The translations under genes and the position numbers were made by a program. Below are positions 18,118-27,384 of a DNA stretch of 64,000 nt, one piece after another. Below the pieces are notes generated by a model. It did no database searches. It worked only from the letters and a program-made list of their open reading frames with translations, and was not told the origin of the DNA. How positions within the stretch are numbered: position 1 is the first letter of the stretch; each line of letters begins with the position of its first letter. Origin of the DNA: a virus (Duplodnaviria; Caudoviricetes); IMG/VR virus record IMGVR_UViG_3300028172_000069; one strand, 5' to 3'.

Positions 18118-18959
18118 AAGCTAACCAAGTAAAGGCCAAGTACGCACTGATCTTCAAGCGCGAGTACGATCTGGCTGCGCTCCTGAAGTCGATGCACCAA
18201 GACGAACACTTGGCGGCATTCAAAGAGTGCGTGTACGAAATCCGCTTCGAAGGTGTTGAGTTGCAAGTCGTGGTGGTTGAGCGCAAGCGCCTCGACACAC
18301 CGCACAACAACCTGCTGGCACCGATGCTGCCTGAGCGTTGGCGGCAACTTGCTGTGGGCATCATCGAACTCGACACGCTCGCTGGCTACTGCATGATTAC
18401 CAAAACGATCATGGAGCAGCACCACAAGAACCTGCAGTTGCACATTCTGGCGATCACCGATTCGATGCGCGTGTATCAGGGTCCGCTCGGGCTCACGCCT
18501 GAATCGTTTCCTGAGGTGGTGAAGGAAATCGTAGACGCCGACCCGCCAGTCAAGTTTGATCCTACGAAAGTTGCAAAGCTCAAGCACGTCCTGATGTATC
18601 CGCACCGCACTGATCTGTCTCAGCGCCTGTGCGACTTCAGGCGTGAAGCACACCTCGAAGCGTTTGTCGAGTGCGTCAACATTCTGGGCTTCGACGGTGT
18701 GCTGTACAAGCTCCTGACGGTCGACTTGCCGTACCCGATGGAAATCGCGGGTCCAAAAGACCTGATGCTGCATCCTGACTGGCGCAAGGGCTTGATCGCA
18801 GCGTATAAGCTCGAAGATGGGCAAGTGCGCACAGTGATTCCGCATCCCGAGGATGATCGCAAGATGCGCCTGTTCTTCAACACTTTCATCGACCATCTAC
18901 CAGCGTACACCGGACCGATGGGTTATGCGATCGGCCTGCGGCAACAACCGTCCTCTTGA
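18114..18959 (+). CDS. hypothetical protein (start ATG 18114)
   Basis: GGAGG SD, ATGA overlap. Confidence 0.75.
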   Translation: MKANQVKAKYALIFKREYDLAALLKSMHQDEHLAAFKECVYEIRFEGVELQVVVVERKRLDTPHNNLLAPMLPERWRQLAVGIIELDTLAGYCMITKTIMEQHHKNLQLHILAITDSMRVYQGPLGLTPESFPEVVKEIVDADPPVKFDPTKVAKLKHVLMYPHRTDLSQRLCDFRREAHLEAFVECVNILGFDGVLYKLLTVDLPYPMEIAGPKDLMLHPDWRKGLIAAYKLEDGQVRTVIPHPEDDRKMRLFFNTFIDHLPAYTGPMGYAIGLRQQPSS

Positions 18960-18974
18960 GGACGCGGAGGAAGT

Positions 18975-19532
18975 ATGAACACCAACAGTGAAATGCGTCG
19001 CATCACCGAAGTGAAGCAAGGCGCTAGTGGCGGATTCCAAGTTCGTTTCTACTCGCCACAGACAATCAACCAGTGGTTCCCGATGGGTGATGACCGAGAG
19101 GCCGCACTCAAGAAGGCGAAGACCTGGCGTAACTCGCGTGAACGTGAGTTTGGCATTACCAGCAGCGACTATGGTGTGCGTCGCCCGCGTAAGCGCCACG
19201 GTAACAGCAAGGCAGACACTGGCGTGTTTGTCGCAATCGGCTACAAGGGCGACCGCTTCTACGCCGACGTCATGGGTGTGCTCAACTACACCGACGAGAC
19301 AGGTAAATCGAAGCGCAAGCAGAAGGCCCACAGCATCCTCAAGCACGGCTACCACACAGCGTACTTGCTGGCGCTGAAAGATCGCTGTGAAATGGCCGGG
19401 CTGCCGTTGCCGGAAGAAGTGACGATTCCCAAACTGTCCAGCGACCAGATCGACAAGCTGCGCCAGGAAGGTGCAACGCTCAAAAGTCTCACGGAGAAGG
19501 CAACTGTGCCGTGGACGGGTGTTCTGGCATAA
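18975..19532 (+). CDS. AP2-domain-like DNA-binding protein, two AP2-like units
   Basis: GFQVRF..QWF..DREAALKKAKTWR and TGVFV...KQKAHSILKHGYHTAYLLALKDR. Confidence 0.6.
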   Translation: MNTNSEMRRITEVKQGASGGFQVRFYSPQTINQWFPMGDDREAALKKAKTWRNSREREFGITSSDYGVRRPRKRHGNSKADTGVFVAIGYKGDRFYADVMGVLNYTDETGKSKRKQKAHSILKHGYHTAYLLALKDRCEMAGLPLPEEVTIPKLSSDQIDKLRQEGATLKSLTEKATVPWTGVLA

Positions 19533-19547
19533 CTCAATTTATTGAGT
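19532..19547. promoter_or_regulatory. intergenic palindrome ACTCAAT-TT-ATTGAGT
   Basis: Perfect 7-bp arms after the AP2 gene. Confidence 0.4.
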
Positions 19548-19568
19548 GCCAACACTGGAGTATCGAAC

Positions 19569-20138
19569 ATGAAACTAATCCAACATGCAACTGTCCCATC
19601 GAAGACCACCTGGAAACAGGAAGGTAAGTTGAAGTCCCTGCTGCGCGTCCTACACATATCGCACACTGGCCTGCCGGAGTTTAGTGACGGGGCGATACCC
19701 GACGCGCTACTGCGCTTCATCAACGATCGGGCTTGCAAGACCTTTGGTAGCATCACGCTGCGGACTGGGGAGCTCCTACGCAATGCGACCGAGGAACAGA
19801 AGAACAAGCGAGTCACCATCCACTACCTGATTCGTGAAGAACAGGAAAGCCAACTGCTGGATATGTTGGAGCGATGGAGTGAGCAGCCGCCTAAGCTGCG
19901 CGTACCAGTGAGCCCTGCTGCACCCAAAGCGATGTTGTTTTGCATCGACAAAGGCGAAGAGGCGTTCATCTGGACAGCGACGCAAGGCAGACAGCTACTG
20001 GAAGAAACGCTGCCAGTGAGCGCACGCACGTTCCGCCAGAACGGACACACGTTGCGCCCGACTGCAACCACACTCGACGGCATCTTGAACAGCATGGTGC
20101 CTGTCGTCGAAGATCGTTACTCCCGAATGGAGAACTAA
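19569..20138 (+). CDS. hypothetical protein (start ATG 19569)
   Basis: GGAG SD. Confidence 0.7.
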   Translation: MKLIQHATVPSKTTWKQEGKLKSLLRVLHISHTGLPEFSDGAIPDALLRFINDRACKTFGSITLRTGELLRNATEEQKNKRVTIHYLIREEQESQLLDMLERWSEQPPKLRVPVSPAAPKAMLFCIDKGEEAFIWTATQGRQLLEETLPVSARTFRQNGHTLRPTATTLDGILNSMVPVVEDRYSRMEN

Positions 20139-20139
20139 C

Positions 20140-20742
20140 ATGGGTAAAAGCATTGGCGAAATGCTGGATAATCCGATTGATCAGGAAGCCATAGCGATCC
20201 TGCAAAACTATGAGCGGCACGCAAACAATGCCAGGCAGTTCTTTCTGGCTGCCGCTGGCGAACGTATCGAAGCAGGCCGCGTGGTAGCAATCGACAAGAG
20301 TGCGCCGCGTATTGCTGGCATGCCTGTTGTCTTTGAACTGCCGTACGGGCCTCAGAATCGGGCTAAGCGTATCGAGTCCAAGAAGCAAGCGCGCCGTGTC
20401 TTTGGGCTTCCATGTGTGGTGCACGACAGCAGCTACATGGGCGATAACCCAGAGCGCATCCTGTTCTACGTCGGTGACGGGAAGCATACGAGCTACCCTA
20501 TCCACGATGCGCGCGGTTATTGCGGTTACGGTGGGCACATGGAGCTCAACTACGTAGGTGGTAAAAGTACGGAGTCTTCTGTGCTGGTTCACGCCTCACC
20601 TTGGCCGAGTGTAGGTACTGTCGGACACTGTGACTTCGGACCTCCTCGAATTCCAGACGTACAAGACCTATGCTGGCGCGACAGCTACCCAACGTACCTC
20701 GCGCAATTCATTAAATCGTTAGCACAAGGAACCCAAGCATGA
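20140..20742 (+). CDS. hypothetical protein
   Basis: 200 aa, GGAG SD. Confidence 0.7.
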   Translation: MGKSIGEMLDNPIDQEAIAILQNYERHANNARQFFLAAAGERIEAGRVVAIDKSAPRIAGMPVVFELPYGPQNRAKRIESKKQARRVFGLPCVVHDSSYMGDNPERILFYVGDGKHTSYPIHDARGYCGYGGHMELNYVGGKSTESSVLVHASPWPSVGTVGHCDFGPPRIPDVQDLCWRDSYPTYLAQFIKSLAQGTQA

Positions 20743-21254
20743 TGCTCATTACTCTCCTGTCCGCCGCACTTGCCTATGCCATCGTATGCGCTAGCGGAGA
20801 GCACCCACGCATCGTCGACCTGTGGACGTTGTTGAACAGTCCGAACTTGATCTGGCAGTTCCTGTTCTTCACCGTGCTGTTTACGGCACTGGGTATCGCA
20901 GCGAAAGAGTACCGTGCCAAGGCTGCGATTCTGCGCGCTGCAATGTCACGTCGCCGTCACCCGAAGTTGCGCAAGCTGATCCTTGCCGGCGTTGGTGAAG
21001 GCAGCTTCGCGTATCTTGCCAAGCAAGTGCAGTACGGTACGCAGGGTGAAGCCAACTGGCTGCCTGCCATGAGCACCGTGTACGTGATCTGCCTTGCAGA
21101 CGAAGTAAAAGAGGACCCGACACGCGAACCCACTGCCGTATGCGTCCCGTACTTTGAAGGCGCCAAGAACTACTCGCCGTCGATGACGGTTGAGGTGCCG
21201 CTGCAAGACCTGTACAAACACGTTCCCCGTCACTTGATTCCGGAACTGATCTGA
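20739..21254 (+). CDS. membrane protein, two N-terminal TM segments
   Basis: LITLLSAALAYAIVC and LIWQFLFFTVLFTALGIA. Confidence 0.7.
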   Translation: MMLITLLSAALAYAIVCASGEHPRIVDLWTLLNSPNLIWQFLFFTVLFTALGIAAKEYRAKAAILRAAMSRRRHPKLRKLILAGVGEGSFAYLAKQVQYGTQGEANWLPAMSTVYVICLADEVKEDPTREPTAVCVPYFEGAKNYSPSMTVEVPLQDLYKHVPRHLIPELI

Positions 21255-21478
21255 TGACTACCAAAGTCAAATGGAAGCGCACACGCAAGCACAAACCCAC
21301 CGAGTCCGGACCGTACATCGTTACCATGGACGAAGACAGCGAGGAATGTACCAGCGCTGTCTGGGCGAACGCTATCGGAACTCAAAAAGAAGGCTTCTTC
21401 CAGCAACACGACGGACGCATTGTTCGCGTTAATCCAATCGCCTGGGCTGAAATGCCGAAGCCGTATCGCCCGGCTTGA
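21254..21478 (+). CDS. DUF551-like small phage protein
   Basis: KW....KP...GPYIV...PIAWAEMPKPY pattern. Confidence 0.6.
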   Translation: MTTKVKWKRTRKHKPTESGPYIVTMDEDSEECTSAVWANAIGTQKEGFFQQHDGRIVRVNPIAWAEMPKPYRPA

Positions 21479-21510
21479 CTACTGATTGCAGTTAAAGTGT
21501 AAACGCAAGG
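21475..21510 (+). promoter_or_regulatory. TTGACT -35-like hexamer, motif copy 4 (21478-21492) and TAAACGCAAGG box
   Basis: TTGACTACTGATTGCAGTTAAAGTGTAAACGCAAGG directly upstream of 21518; no good -10 at 17 nt. Confidence 0.6.
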
Positions 21511-21517
21511 TGAGAGC

Positions 21518-21916
21518 ATGATTACCGAACTCGACACATTCCTCGATGCACCGGAAGCACGCGCAAAGGCCGACAAGGTGATTGAACGCTTGATTGCCAA
21601 GTACGGCCAACCGTTTGACTTCGGTCGCAATCGCCTTGTGTTTGCCAATGACCGCATCGTCTTCAAGTTCCCGCGCAACCTCGCTGGTGAAACTGACAAC
21701 TGCTGGGAGGGTAGCTGTCAGGGTCCAACGAAAGCGCGTGGGAAACGCTTGGTAGTAGACGGGTTCATCTGCGTTATGCAGGAACGGTTGCAGCGCATCT
21801 ACGCTGACGTACCGAGACCCGAAGTGCTACCCAAGTGGACAGACAGTGTGGACTGTATGCAAGTCGGTTACGATAAACACGGGTGCCTGAAAGTTTACGA
21901 CTACGGGCCTCGATAG
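21518..21916 (+). CDS. minimal protein-kinase-like protein
   Basis: FGRNRLVF (P-loop-like), IVFKFP (Lys), NCWE (Glu), DCMQVG (catalytic-loop-like), YDYG (DFG-like). Confidence 0.5.
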   Translation: MITELDTFLDAPEARAKADKVIERLIAKYGQPFDFGRNRLVFANDRIVFKFPRNLAGETDNCWEGSCQGPTKARGKRLVVDGFICVMQERLQRIYADVPRPEVLPKWTDSVDCMQVGYDKHGCLKVYDYGPR

Positions 21917-21930
21917 AAAGGACTACGAAC

Positions 21931-22509
21931 ATGAGCGAGACCCTGTTCACCTCGGACCTGCACTTCTACCATGAGCACATCTGCACCTACAACCCACGCC
22001 CATGGACGAATGCTGAAAACACCGAGCGCTTGATCGACATTTGGAACTCGCAAGTTCGCCCGGGCGATACCGTCTACCACGGCGGTGACTTCTCGTTCCT
22101 CAAAGCGCGTGAAGTTGATCGCCTTGAGCATCTGGTTGAAGCGCTTAACGGCAACAAGATTTTCATTCTGGGTAACCACGACCACATCGAACTGTGGAGT
22201 GAGCTACGCAAGCGCAACCTGAGTCGCGTGCGCAGCATCACCGACAGTAAGTGGATCAAGGTGCACGGCAAAGACATTGCCATGTGCCACTACCCGTGGG
22301 AAGTCTGGCGCAATAGCCATTACGGCTCGTGGCATCTGCACGGCCACTGTCATGGATCAATGCCTCAACGCGGGAAGCGACTCGACGTTGGCATCGACAA
22401 CCACCCACAGCATAAGCTGTTTACCTTTGAAGAAATCAAGGTCTATATGGACGCTCAAGAAGTATGGGCGCCAGATGGGCACAAGGTACGAATCAAGGAG
22501 ACTGTATGA
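21931..22509 (+). CDS. calcineurin-like metallophosphoesterase
   Basis: SDLH, GGD, GNHD, CHYP, HGHCH motifs. Confidence 0.9.
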   Translation: MSETLFTSDLHFYHEHICTYNPRPWTNAENTERLIDIWNSQVRPGDTVYHGGDFSFLKAREVDRLEHLVEALNGNKIFILGNHDHIELWSELRKRNLSRVRSITDSKWIKVHGKDIAMCHYPWEVWRNSHYGSWHLHGHCHGSMPQRGKRLDVGIDNHPQHKLFTFEEIKVYMDAQEVWAPDGHKVRIKETV

Positions 22510-23072
22510 ACCTGTTGGCGCGTATTAAATCGCTGCTCGCTGAACCTGAACCGTCCTTCGCAGATGCTGCCGTGCAGTTTGTGGCTGACCACCTGCTGGA
22601 CAACAATGCAACCCTGCTTATCACCGACGCCCACATGCGCGAGACGTATATCGCCCTCGTGAAGAAGCTGCGGCCAATGGAGGGAGGTGCGCTCAACGTA
22701 GCCAGTCTGGAAACGGTCGGCGCTATGGAGACTGCGATCATTGTCCACAGCCACTTCGATCAGGCGTTGCTGCATGACGCCTTGATGACCGCGAAGAACG
22801 TTGTGGTGATTGTCGCTGAGCACAAGCACAATTCGGAGGTCAGCGAGCTGGAGTATACGCGCCAACGGTTTGACCTACACGAAATCGACTTCGCCTACTA
22901 CAGGCTGGCGGAGAACCCGCGACGGGCCGATCCAGACATTGCTCACCTTGAGATTGAGCTGGATGCCTTGTGCGAGCAACTCAATGAGGTAGATGTATGC
23001 GCCAACCTGACTTCCACAACCGAGTCGTCGTCATTCGGAAAGCCATCGGGGATTTCACACCTGGCGAGCTAG
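22506..23072 (+). CDS. hypothetical protein (start ATG 22506)
   Basis: AAGGAG SD, ATGA overlap. Confidence 0.7.
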   Translation: MNLLARIKSLLAEPEPSFADAAVQFVADHLLDNNATLLITDAHMRETYIALVKKLRPMEGGALNVASLETVGAMETAIIVHSHFDQALLHDALMTAKNVVVIVAEHKHNSEVSELEYTRQRFDLHEIDFAYYRLAENPRRADPDIAHLEIELDALCEQLNEVDVCANLTSTTESSSFGKPSGISHLAS

Positions 23073-23551
23073 TTCGGTGTGAGCGTGACGCAAAGCACGC
23101 CCTGATCTGGAAGAAAAACAAAGACACAGGGAAGCAGGTGAAGGAGACGCTCACCACTTCCCAATTCGTTGAGCACTGTTATGACGTTCCGCATTACGAC
23201 TCCATCCTATCGGCGCTGCGAGCACATGCTGATACTTTCGGTATCATGTATTCTGTTGGCACTGGCACTTACCGCGTCGTTGGCTTTCGTTTTGGTGCTG
23301 CGTGTCGTGTCGCTGTTCCTGTCTTCGAAGGCGGGAAAGTGGTTAAGCAACGTTACGTCACGTCCACAAAGCACCTGAACATTGCCGCCAAGTCATTCGA
23401 CCTGTGCGTGTACAAGCTGTTTGCACGCGCTGTCGTTGGTGACCTGTACGGCTATTACTACCACAAACAAGTCGAACGTCTCTACTGGGACGGGATCATT
23501 GGCGAGTTCAGAACGGAAGTGGTTGAACTCAAGACACTAAGGAAAACCTGA
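22997..23551 (+). CDS. hypothetical protein
   Basis: GAGGT SD; 76-nt overlap with previous gene. Confidence 0.7.
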   Translation: MRQPDFHNRVVVIRKAIGDFTPGELVRCERDAKHALIWKKNKDTGKQVKETLTTSQFVEHCYDVPHYDSILSALRAHADTFGIMYSVGTGTYRVVGFRFGAACRVAVPVFEGGKVVKQRYVTSTKHLNIAAKSFDLCVYKLFARAVVGDLYGYYYHKQVERLYWDGIIGEFRTEVVELKTLRKT

Positions 23552-23552
23552 A

Positions 23553-23825
23553 ATGGTGCGTACCTTGCTTCGGGCATTTCGGAAGCCCATCCCAACGCGC
23601 TCGCAACTCAACGATGTACTGGCAGCGTCGAAGGACGTCCTGCTTAACTGCGGTACCGAAGAAGCGGAGAAGACTATCCGTGCAGCGCTGCGTAAGTATC
23701 GCCTGCCGGGTCGGCCGAGCATCCGCTTCGTTCCGGGTCGCAACTGCTACCACGTGTCGCTGATCGCCAACGGGTTCAGCGGTGAAGCACGCATCGACGT
23801 GCCCAAGTCCGTAGGCGGATTGTAA
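23553..23825 (+). CDS. hypothetical protein
   Basis: 90 aa, TAAGGA SD. Confidence 0.65.
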   Translation: MVRTLLRAFRKPIPTRSQLNDVLAASKDVLLNCGTEEAEKTIRAALRKYRLPGRPSIRFVPGRNCYHVSLIANGFSGEARIDVPKSVGGL

Positions 23826-23834
23826 GGAGAAACC

Positions 23835-24350
23835 ATGTTCATTCTTTGCTTGAAAGACTGCACACCTTGGCCAGACAGCGGCAACGAAGTCACGTTCAAG
23901 GCAGGCACCGTCTTTGCCGTCAAATCCGTGAACGATGGTATCGCTAAAGTTCGTCAGTGGCCTGAAGACGCAACCTTCTTCGGTCGTGTTGCCAACCACG
24001 TGCTCGGGTCTATCGACTATGCCGATATGCCTGAGATACATCAATACATCTTCCGTCCAGAGCATGGACGCCAGACGTATGTAGCCCAGCATCATCGCTT
24101 GGTACCGTGGTTGCTACTGATGCAACGAATGCTAAGCAAGACGGTAATGCACGGTATCACCGTGACCCAAGTCACGCATGAGCACAGCAAACAACGCTGC
24201 TCGCTCCATGCGCTGGACGAATTCACCATCCGCAATATCACGCGACTGCCCAGAGGTAGTAAGCCTGAGTTTGAAGCTGTACTGTGGTCCAACGAACAGG
24301 CGTACACCATACGCTTCGATCATCCAAAAGAGATTCTCGGAGACCAATAG
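23835..24350 (+). CDS. hypothetical protein
   Basis: 171 aa, TAAGGAG SD. Confidence 0.75.
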   Translation: MFILCLKDCTPWPDSGNEVTFKAGTVFAVKSVNDGIAKVRQWPEDATFFGRVANHVLGSIDYADMPEIHQYIFRPEHGRQTYVAQHHRLVPWLLLMQRMLSKTVMHGITVTQVTHEHSKQRCSLHALDEFTIRNITRLPRGSKPEFEAVLWSNEQAYTIRFDHPKEILGDQ

Positions 24351-24384
24351 CCCAGTGACGGGCAGAACACGGAGGGGTTAGCAA

Positions 24385-24609
24385 ATGCGTCACCTGATTG
24401 ATCGCGTTGTTGAGTTAACCGATGGCCCCGTTGTACTGCACTCGCTGGCTGATAACAAGATGCTGGTTGTGCAGAAAGGGGATCAACTGATACTGGTCGA
24501 CCTCAACCAAGAACTGCACGCCCAGTTGACCACCGTTGTGTTTCGGGTCAACGGTGAGGTGTACAAAACCGAAATGGACTTTCCAGACATTCTACTTACT
24601 GAGGTATAA
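24385..24609 (+). CDS. hypothetical protein
   Basis: 74 aa, GGAGG SD. Confidence 0.7.
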   Translation: MRHLIDRVVELTDGPVVLHSLADNKMLVVQKGDQLILVDLNQELHAQLTTVVFRVNGEVYKTEMDFPDILLTEV

Positions 24610-24610
24610 C

Positions 24611-24907
24611 ATGAACCAGAACGCATCTACCCTGGGTTTCAGCGCGATTGCTCCAGACGCCGTACTGATGTTTGATCGCGAAGTGAGCTTGGGTGTAGTC
24701 CCTGCTGGCGTGCGAGTTGCAGCCCGCGAGGAAAGCGAAAACACCTACATGATTGTCTTCCGCTCCAAGGATGACGAAGAGTTGGCCGTTGCATCCGCAA
24801 TCGACTTCTCCAACTCCGTGAAGGGATTCGACACTGAAATCCATCGCCACTTCGACGATCAGTATGCCTACGCCATTGTCATGGTGAGGCCTGTGAGGCT
24901 AAAATGA
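24611..24907 (+). CDS. hypothetical protein (start ATG 24611)
   Basis: GAGGT SD. Confidence 0.7.
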   Translation: MNQNASTLGFSAIAPDAVLMFDREVSLGVVPAGVRVAAREESENTYMIVFRSKDDEELAVASAIDFSNSVKGFDTEIHRHFDDQYAYAIVMVRPVRLK

Positions 24908-25410
24908 GCCAAGATAAAGTATACCCGTTCAACGACCAGCTCCACCCCGAAGGGTTGTTCGCGGGTGCGATGCTCCCGGCACTGCCACAGATTGCCGTTG
25001 CGCTGTCTGTCGGTAAAAGCAACATGGTGCCAATTCGCATTGACGAGGACGACGTCCTGCATCTGGGCATCTTCGCGCAGACCAAGACTAGCCCGATCAC
25101 CGACATTGTGTTTCGCATCGAGGGTGATGCTGCACACGTCAAGGAAGCGCGTGAAGCAATCGGCTCGTTCGTGAAGTCGGTGGGCGAAAGCCTGCACGAC
25201 AGCGACAAGCACCTGTGCGTTCGTGAGGTGCACAGCCGATATACCACCACGGTGTTCTACATCGTCCGCTTCTACTTCAACATCGACTTCGATTGTACCG
25301 AGCATCCCGAAATGCGACTCGGTGAAGAAACCAGACCGTACCTGTGCCCAGTGTGCGGTGCAATGCAAATCAGTGGCGTTCCACATATCGCAGGAGATAA
25401 CCATGACTGA
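24904..25410 (+). CDS. protein with C-terminal Cys/His zinc-binding motif, paralog A
   Basis: DFDCTEHPE...YLCPVCGAMQISGVPH. Confidence 0.75.
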   Translation: MSQDKVYPFNDQLHPEGLFAGAMLPALPQIAVALSVGKSNMVPIRIDEDDVLHLGIFAQTKTSPITDIVFRIEGDAAHVKEAREAIGSFVKSVGESLHDSDKHLCVREVHSRYTTTVFYIVRFYFNIDFDCTEHPEMRLGEETRPYLCPVCGAMQISGVPHIAGDNHD

Positions 25411-25954
25411 GCAAGTAGACAAACTGGCAGTGTTCGCAGGCAAGTACACCGAAGCGAAGTTTGGCGAGCTGGACATTCCGGTGTTCCCGCAGACCGAGCA
25501 CATGAGCGTTGACTTGGTGAACTCCAAGAACGCCATCCAGCCACTGCGTTACAAGACTGGCGACATTGTGATTCAGGAGCTGCAGGGCGACGTTGCCGAG
25601 AAGCCTGTGTTCGACATGGTCTTCCAGTTGTTCGGCACGCCTGAGAACGTCGAAGCCAGCAAGAAAGCCATCGGTGACTGGGCAAAGGCCTGGGTGCCAA
25701 CGCTCGAAGCTGCAAACGTGCATCTGGCACAGCGCTACCTGTACTCGGACAACCCGAAGTACAAGAAAGGTGGCGAGGAGTATGTTGAAGGCGGTGTGCT
25801 GCGCGTGCTCTGGATTCGCCTGTACAACAACGCCGACTTCGACTGCACCGAGCACCCTGAGTTCCTCGGCGGCGAACCTATCGGTATGTATCACTGCCCA
25901 GCCTGCAACGATATGCAGATGGCTGGCATGCCGCACGTCAAAGACGAGGAGTAA
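25403..25954 (+). CDS. protein with C-terminal Cys/His zinc-binding motif, paralog B (start ATG 25403)
   Basis: DFDCTEHPE...YHCPACNDMQMAGMPH; AGGAG SD. Confidence 0.75.
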   Translation: MTEQVDKLAVFAGKYTEAKFGELDIPVFPQTEHMSVDLVNSKNAIQPLRYKTGDIVIQELQGDVAEKPVFDMVFQLFGTPENVEASKKAIGDWAKAWVPTLEAANVHLAQRYLYSDNPKYKKGGEEYVEGGVLRVLWIRLYNNADFDCTEHPEFLGGEPIGMYHCPACNDMQMAGMPHVKDEE

Positions 25955-25957
25955 CCC

Positions 25958-26350
25958 ATGGCCGTCATCTTGTCTGACGCACAGATGGCGATTATCAAGA
26001 AGGCTCTCCGCAACGCTGACACGTACGGGCTTAGTCTCGCACGCCAAGCGTTGGAGAGCTTGACTGAACAATCGCTGGAAACGCGCGTGAAGGAACGGTT
26101 CGAAGGGTTGGACAACTACGTGGACGAGGATGAAATCCGCACCATGTCGTTCAACCTCAGTCAGATGGAGCAAGGTTTAGACGGTGCGCAAGCTATCGAG
26201 GTGATGCTGGAGCACGTCACACCGGGCGCGTACTCGCCACAAGTGTACAGCGAAGCATATCGCCGACGCGAAAAGGGTGAGCGCAAGTTTACCCTGCCCA
26301 ACACAGACGAAGCCAAGAAACGTCGTGGTAGCGACGAAGAAATGGAATAG
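25958..26350 (+). CDS. hypothetical protein
   Basis: 130 aa, GAGGAG SD. Confidence 0.75.
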   Translation: MAVILSDAQMAIIKKALRNADTYGLSLARQALESLTEQSLETRVKERFEGLDNYVDEDEIRTMSFNLSQMEQGLDGAQAIEVMLEHVTPGAYSPQVYSEAYRRREKGERKFTLPNTDEAKKRRGSDEEME

Positions 26351-26387
26351 TGTGAAGTAGATAGACAGGAAGTTCTGGAGCTCGAAC

Positions 26388-27068
26388 ATGAAAGTACCAC
26401 CGTCCTACTTGGCGTTGCTGGAAGACATTATCGCAACGTTACCCGTAGACCAAACGCAACCCACCCACTACTGGCTGTACCGCGGTCGAGACTGGCCTAA
26501 GCTCTCGAAGCAGTTCCGTGAGGCCGTCGTACAGCGCAAAGAGACGCTGACGGTCACGCTGAAAGAGTTTGCCAAGCAGTACAAGGCCTACGACGTCTGG
26601 AGCGCGTGGCATCCACTGTCTGGTCTGATCTGCGAAGGCCTGATCTACGATTCGCCAATCGACGTGTGCCACGGCCTGTTGAACGTCGAGTCGTATCAGG
26701 AAGTCGAGTACGAGGGTGTCACCCGTATCGCGTGCAAACCCAACAAGCCTGCGAAGGCTGGTGCCAAGTTGTTTAAGGCATTGAAGACACTGCAAGACGC
26801 TGAGGCCTCGCCTGTCGAGTTCAGTGACTTCGTGCTGTCCCACTTTGAAATCTGGCGAGGCATGGGGTCCTCAGTGATTCGAGGTGAGCGCACTGCCGTG
26901 ATACCACCAAAGGTCTACGACACGGCGCTGGGGTTGTTTATCAGCACGCCAAGCGATAGACTGTACGAAATGCCGCAGAGCCTTGAACAGGTCACTGCAA
27001 CCGCTTTGTCTTTCGCGTCCGAGATTGACGCATCCATCAAACGTAGCCGCAATACCACTGGGGAGTAA
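26388..27068 (+). CDS. hypothetical protein
   Basis: 226 aa, GGAG SD. Confidence 0.75.
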   Translation: MKVPPSYLALLEDIIATLPVDQTQPTHYWLYRGRDWPKLSKQFREAVVQRKETLTVTLKEFAKQYKAYDVWSAWHPLSGLICEGLIYDSPIDVCHGLLNVESYQEVEYEGVTRIACKPNKPAKAGAKLFKALKTLQDAEASPVEFSDFVLSHFEIWRGMGSSVIRGERTAVIPPKVYDTALGLFISTPSDRLYEMPQSLEQVTATALSFASEIDASIKRSRNTTGE

Positions 27069-27072
27069 CACC

Positions 27073-27384
27073 TTGAACCGTTCCGTCTATTCGTCTCGCA
27101 CCGCTGACAAATTCGTCGTTCGCCTTCCTGATGGTATGCGTGAGCGTATCGCCGAAGTGGCACGCAATCATCACCGCAGCATGAACAGCGAAATCATCGC
27201 ACGCCTGGAGCAAAGTCTCGTTCAGGAAGGTGCACTGGGCGACGAGCCGCAACTGCGCATGGATAGCCCAGAGCTGAGCCTGCATGAGCGCGAACTGCTC
27301 AAGTCCTTCCGTGCTCTGGACCCACGCAAGCAGAGCGCGCTCGTGGCACTGATCGCACCTGAGGGTGCAGTCGAGCGTGATTGA
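27073..27384 (+). CDS. amrZ: Arc-family ribbon-helix-helix regulator, phage homolog of Pseudomonas AmrZ/AlgZ (TTG start)
   Basis: [44 protein letters not shown] and [13 protein letters not shown] are near-identical to AmrZ as I recall it; GGGAG SD. Confidence 0.92.
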   Translation: MNRSVYSSRTADKFVVRLPDGMRERIAEVARNHHRSMNSEIIARLEQSLVQEGALGDEPQLRMDSPELSLHERELLKSFRALDPRKQSALVALIAPEGAVERD

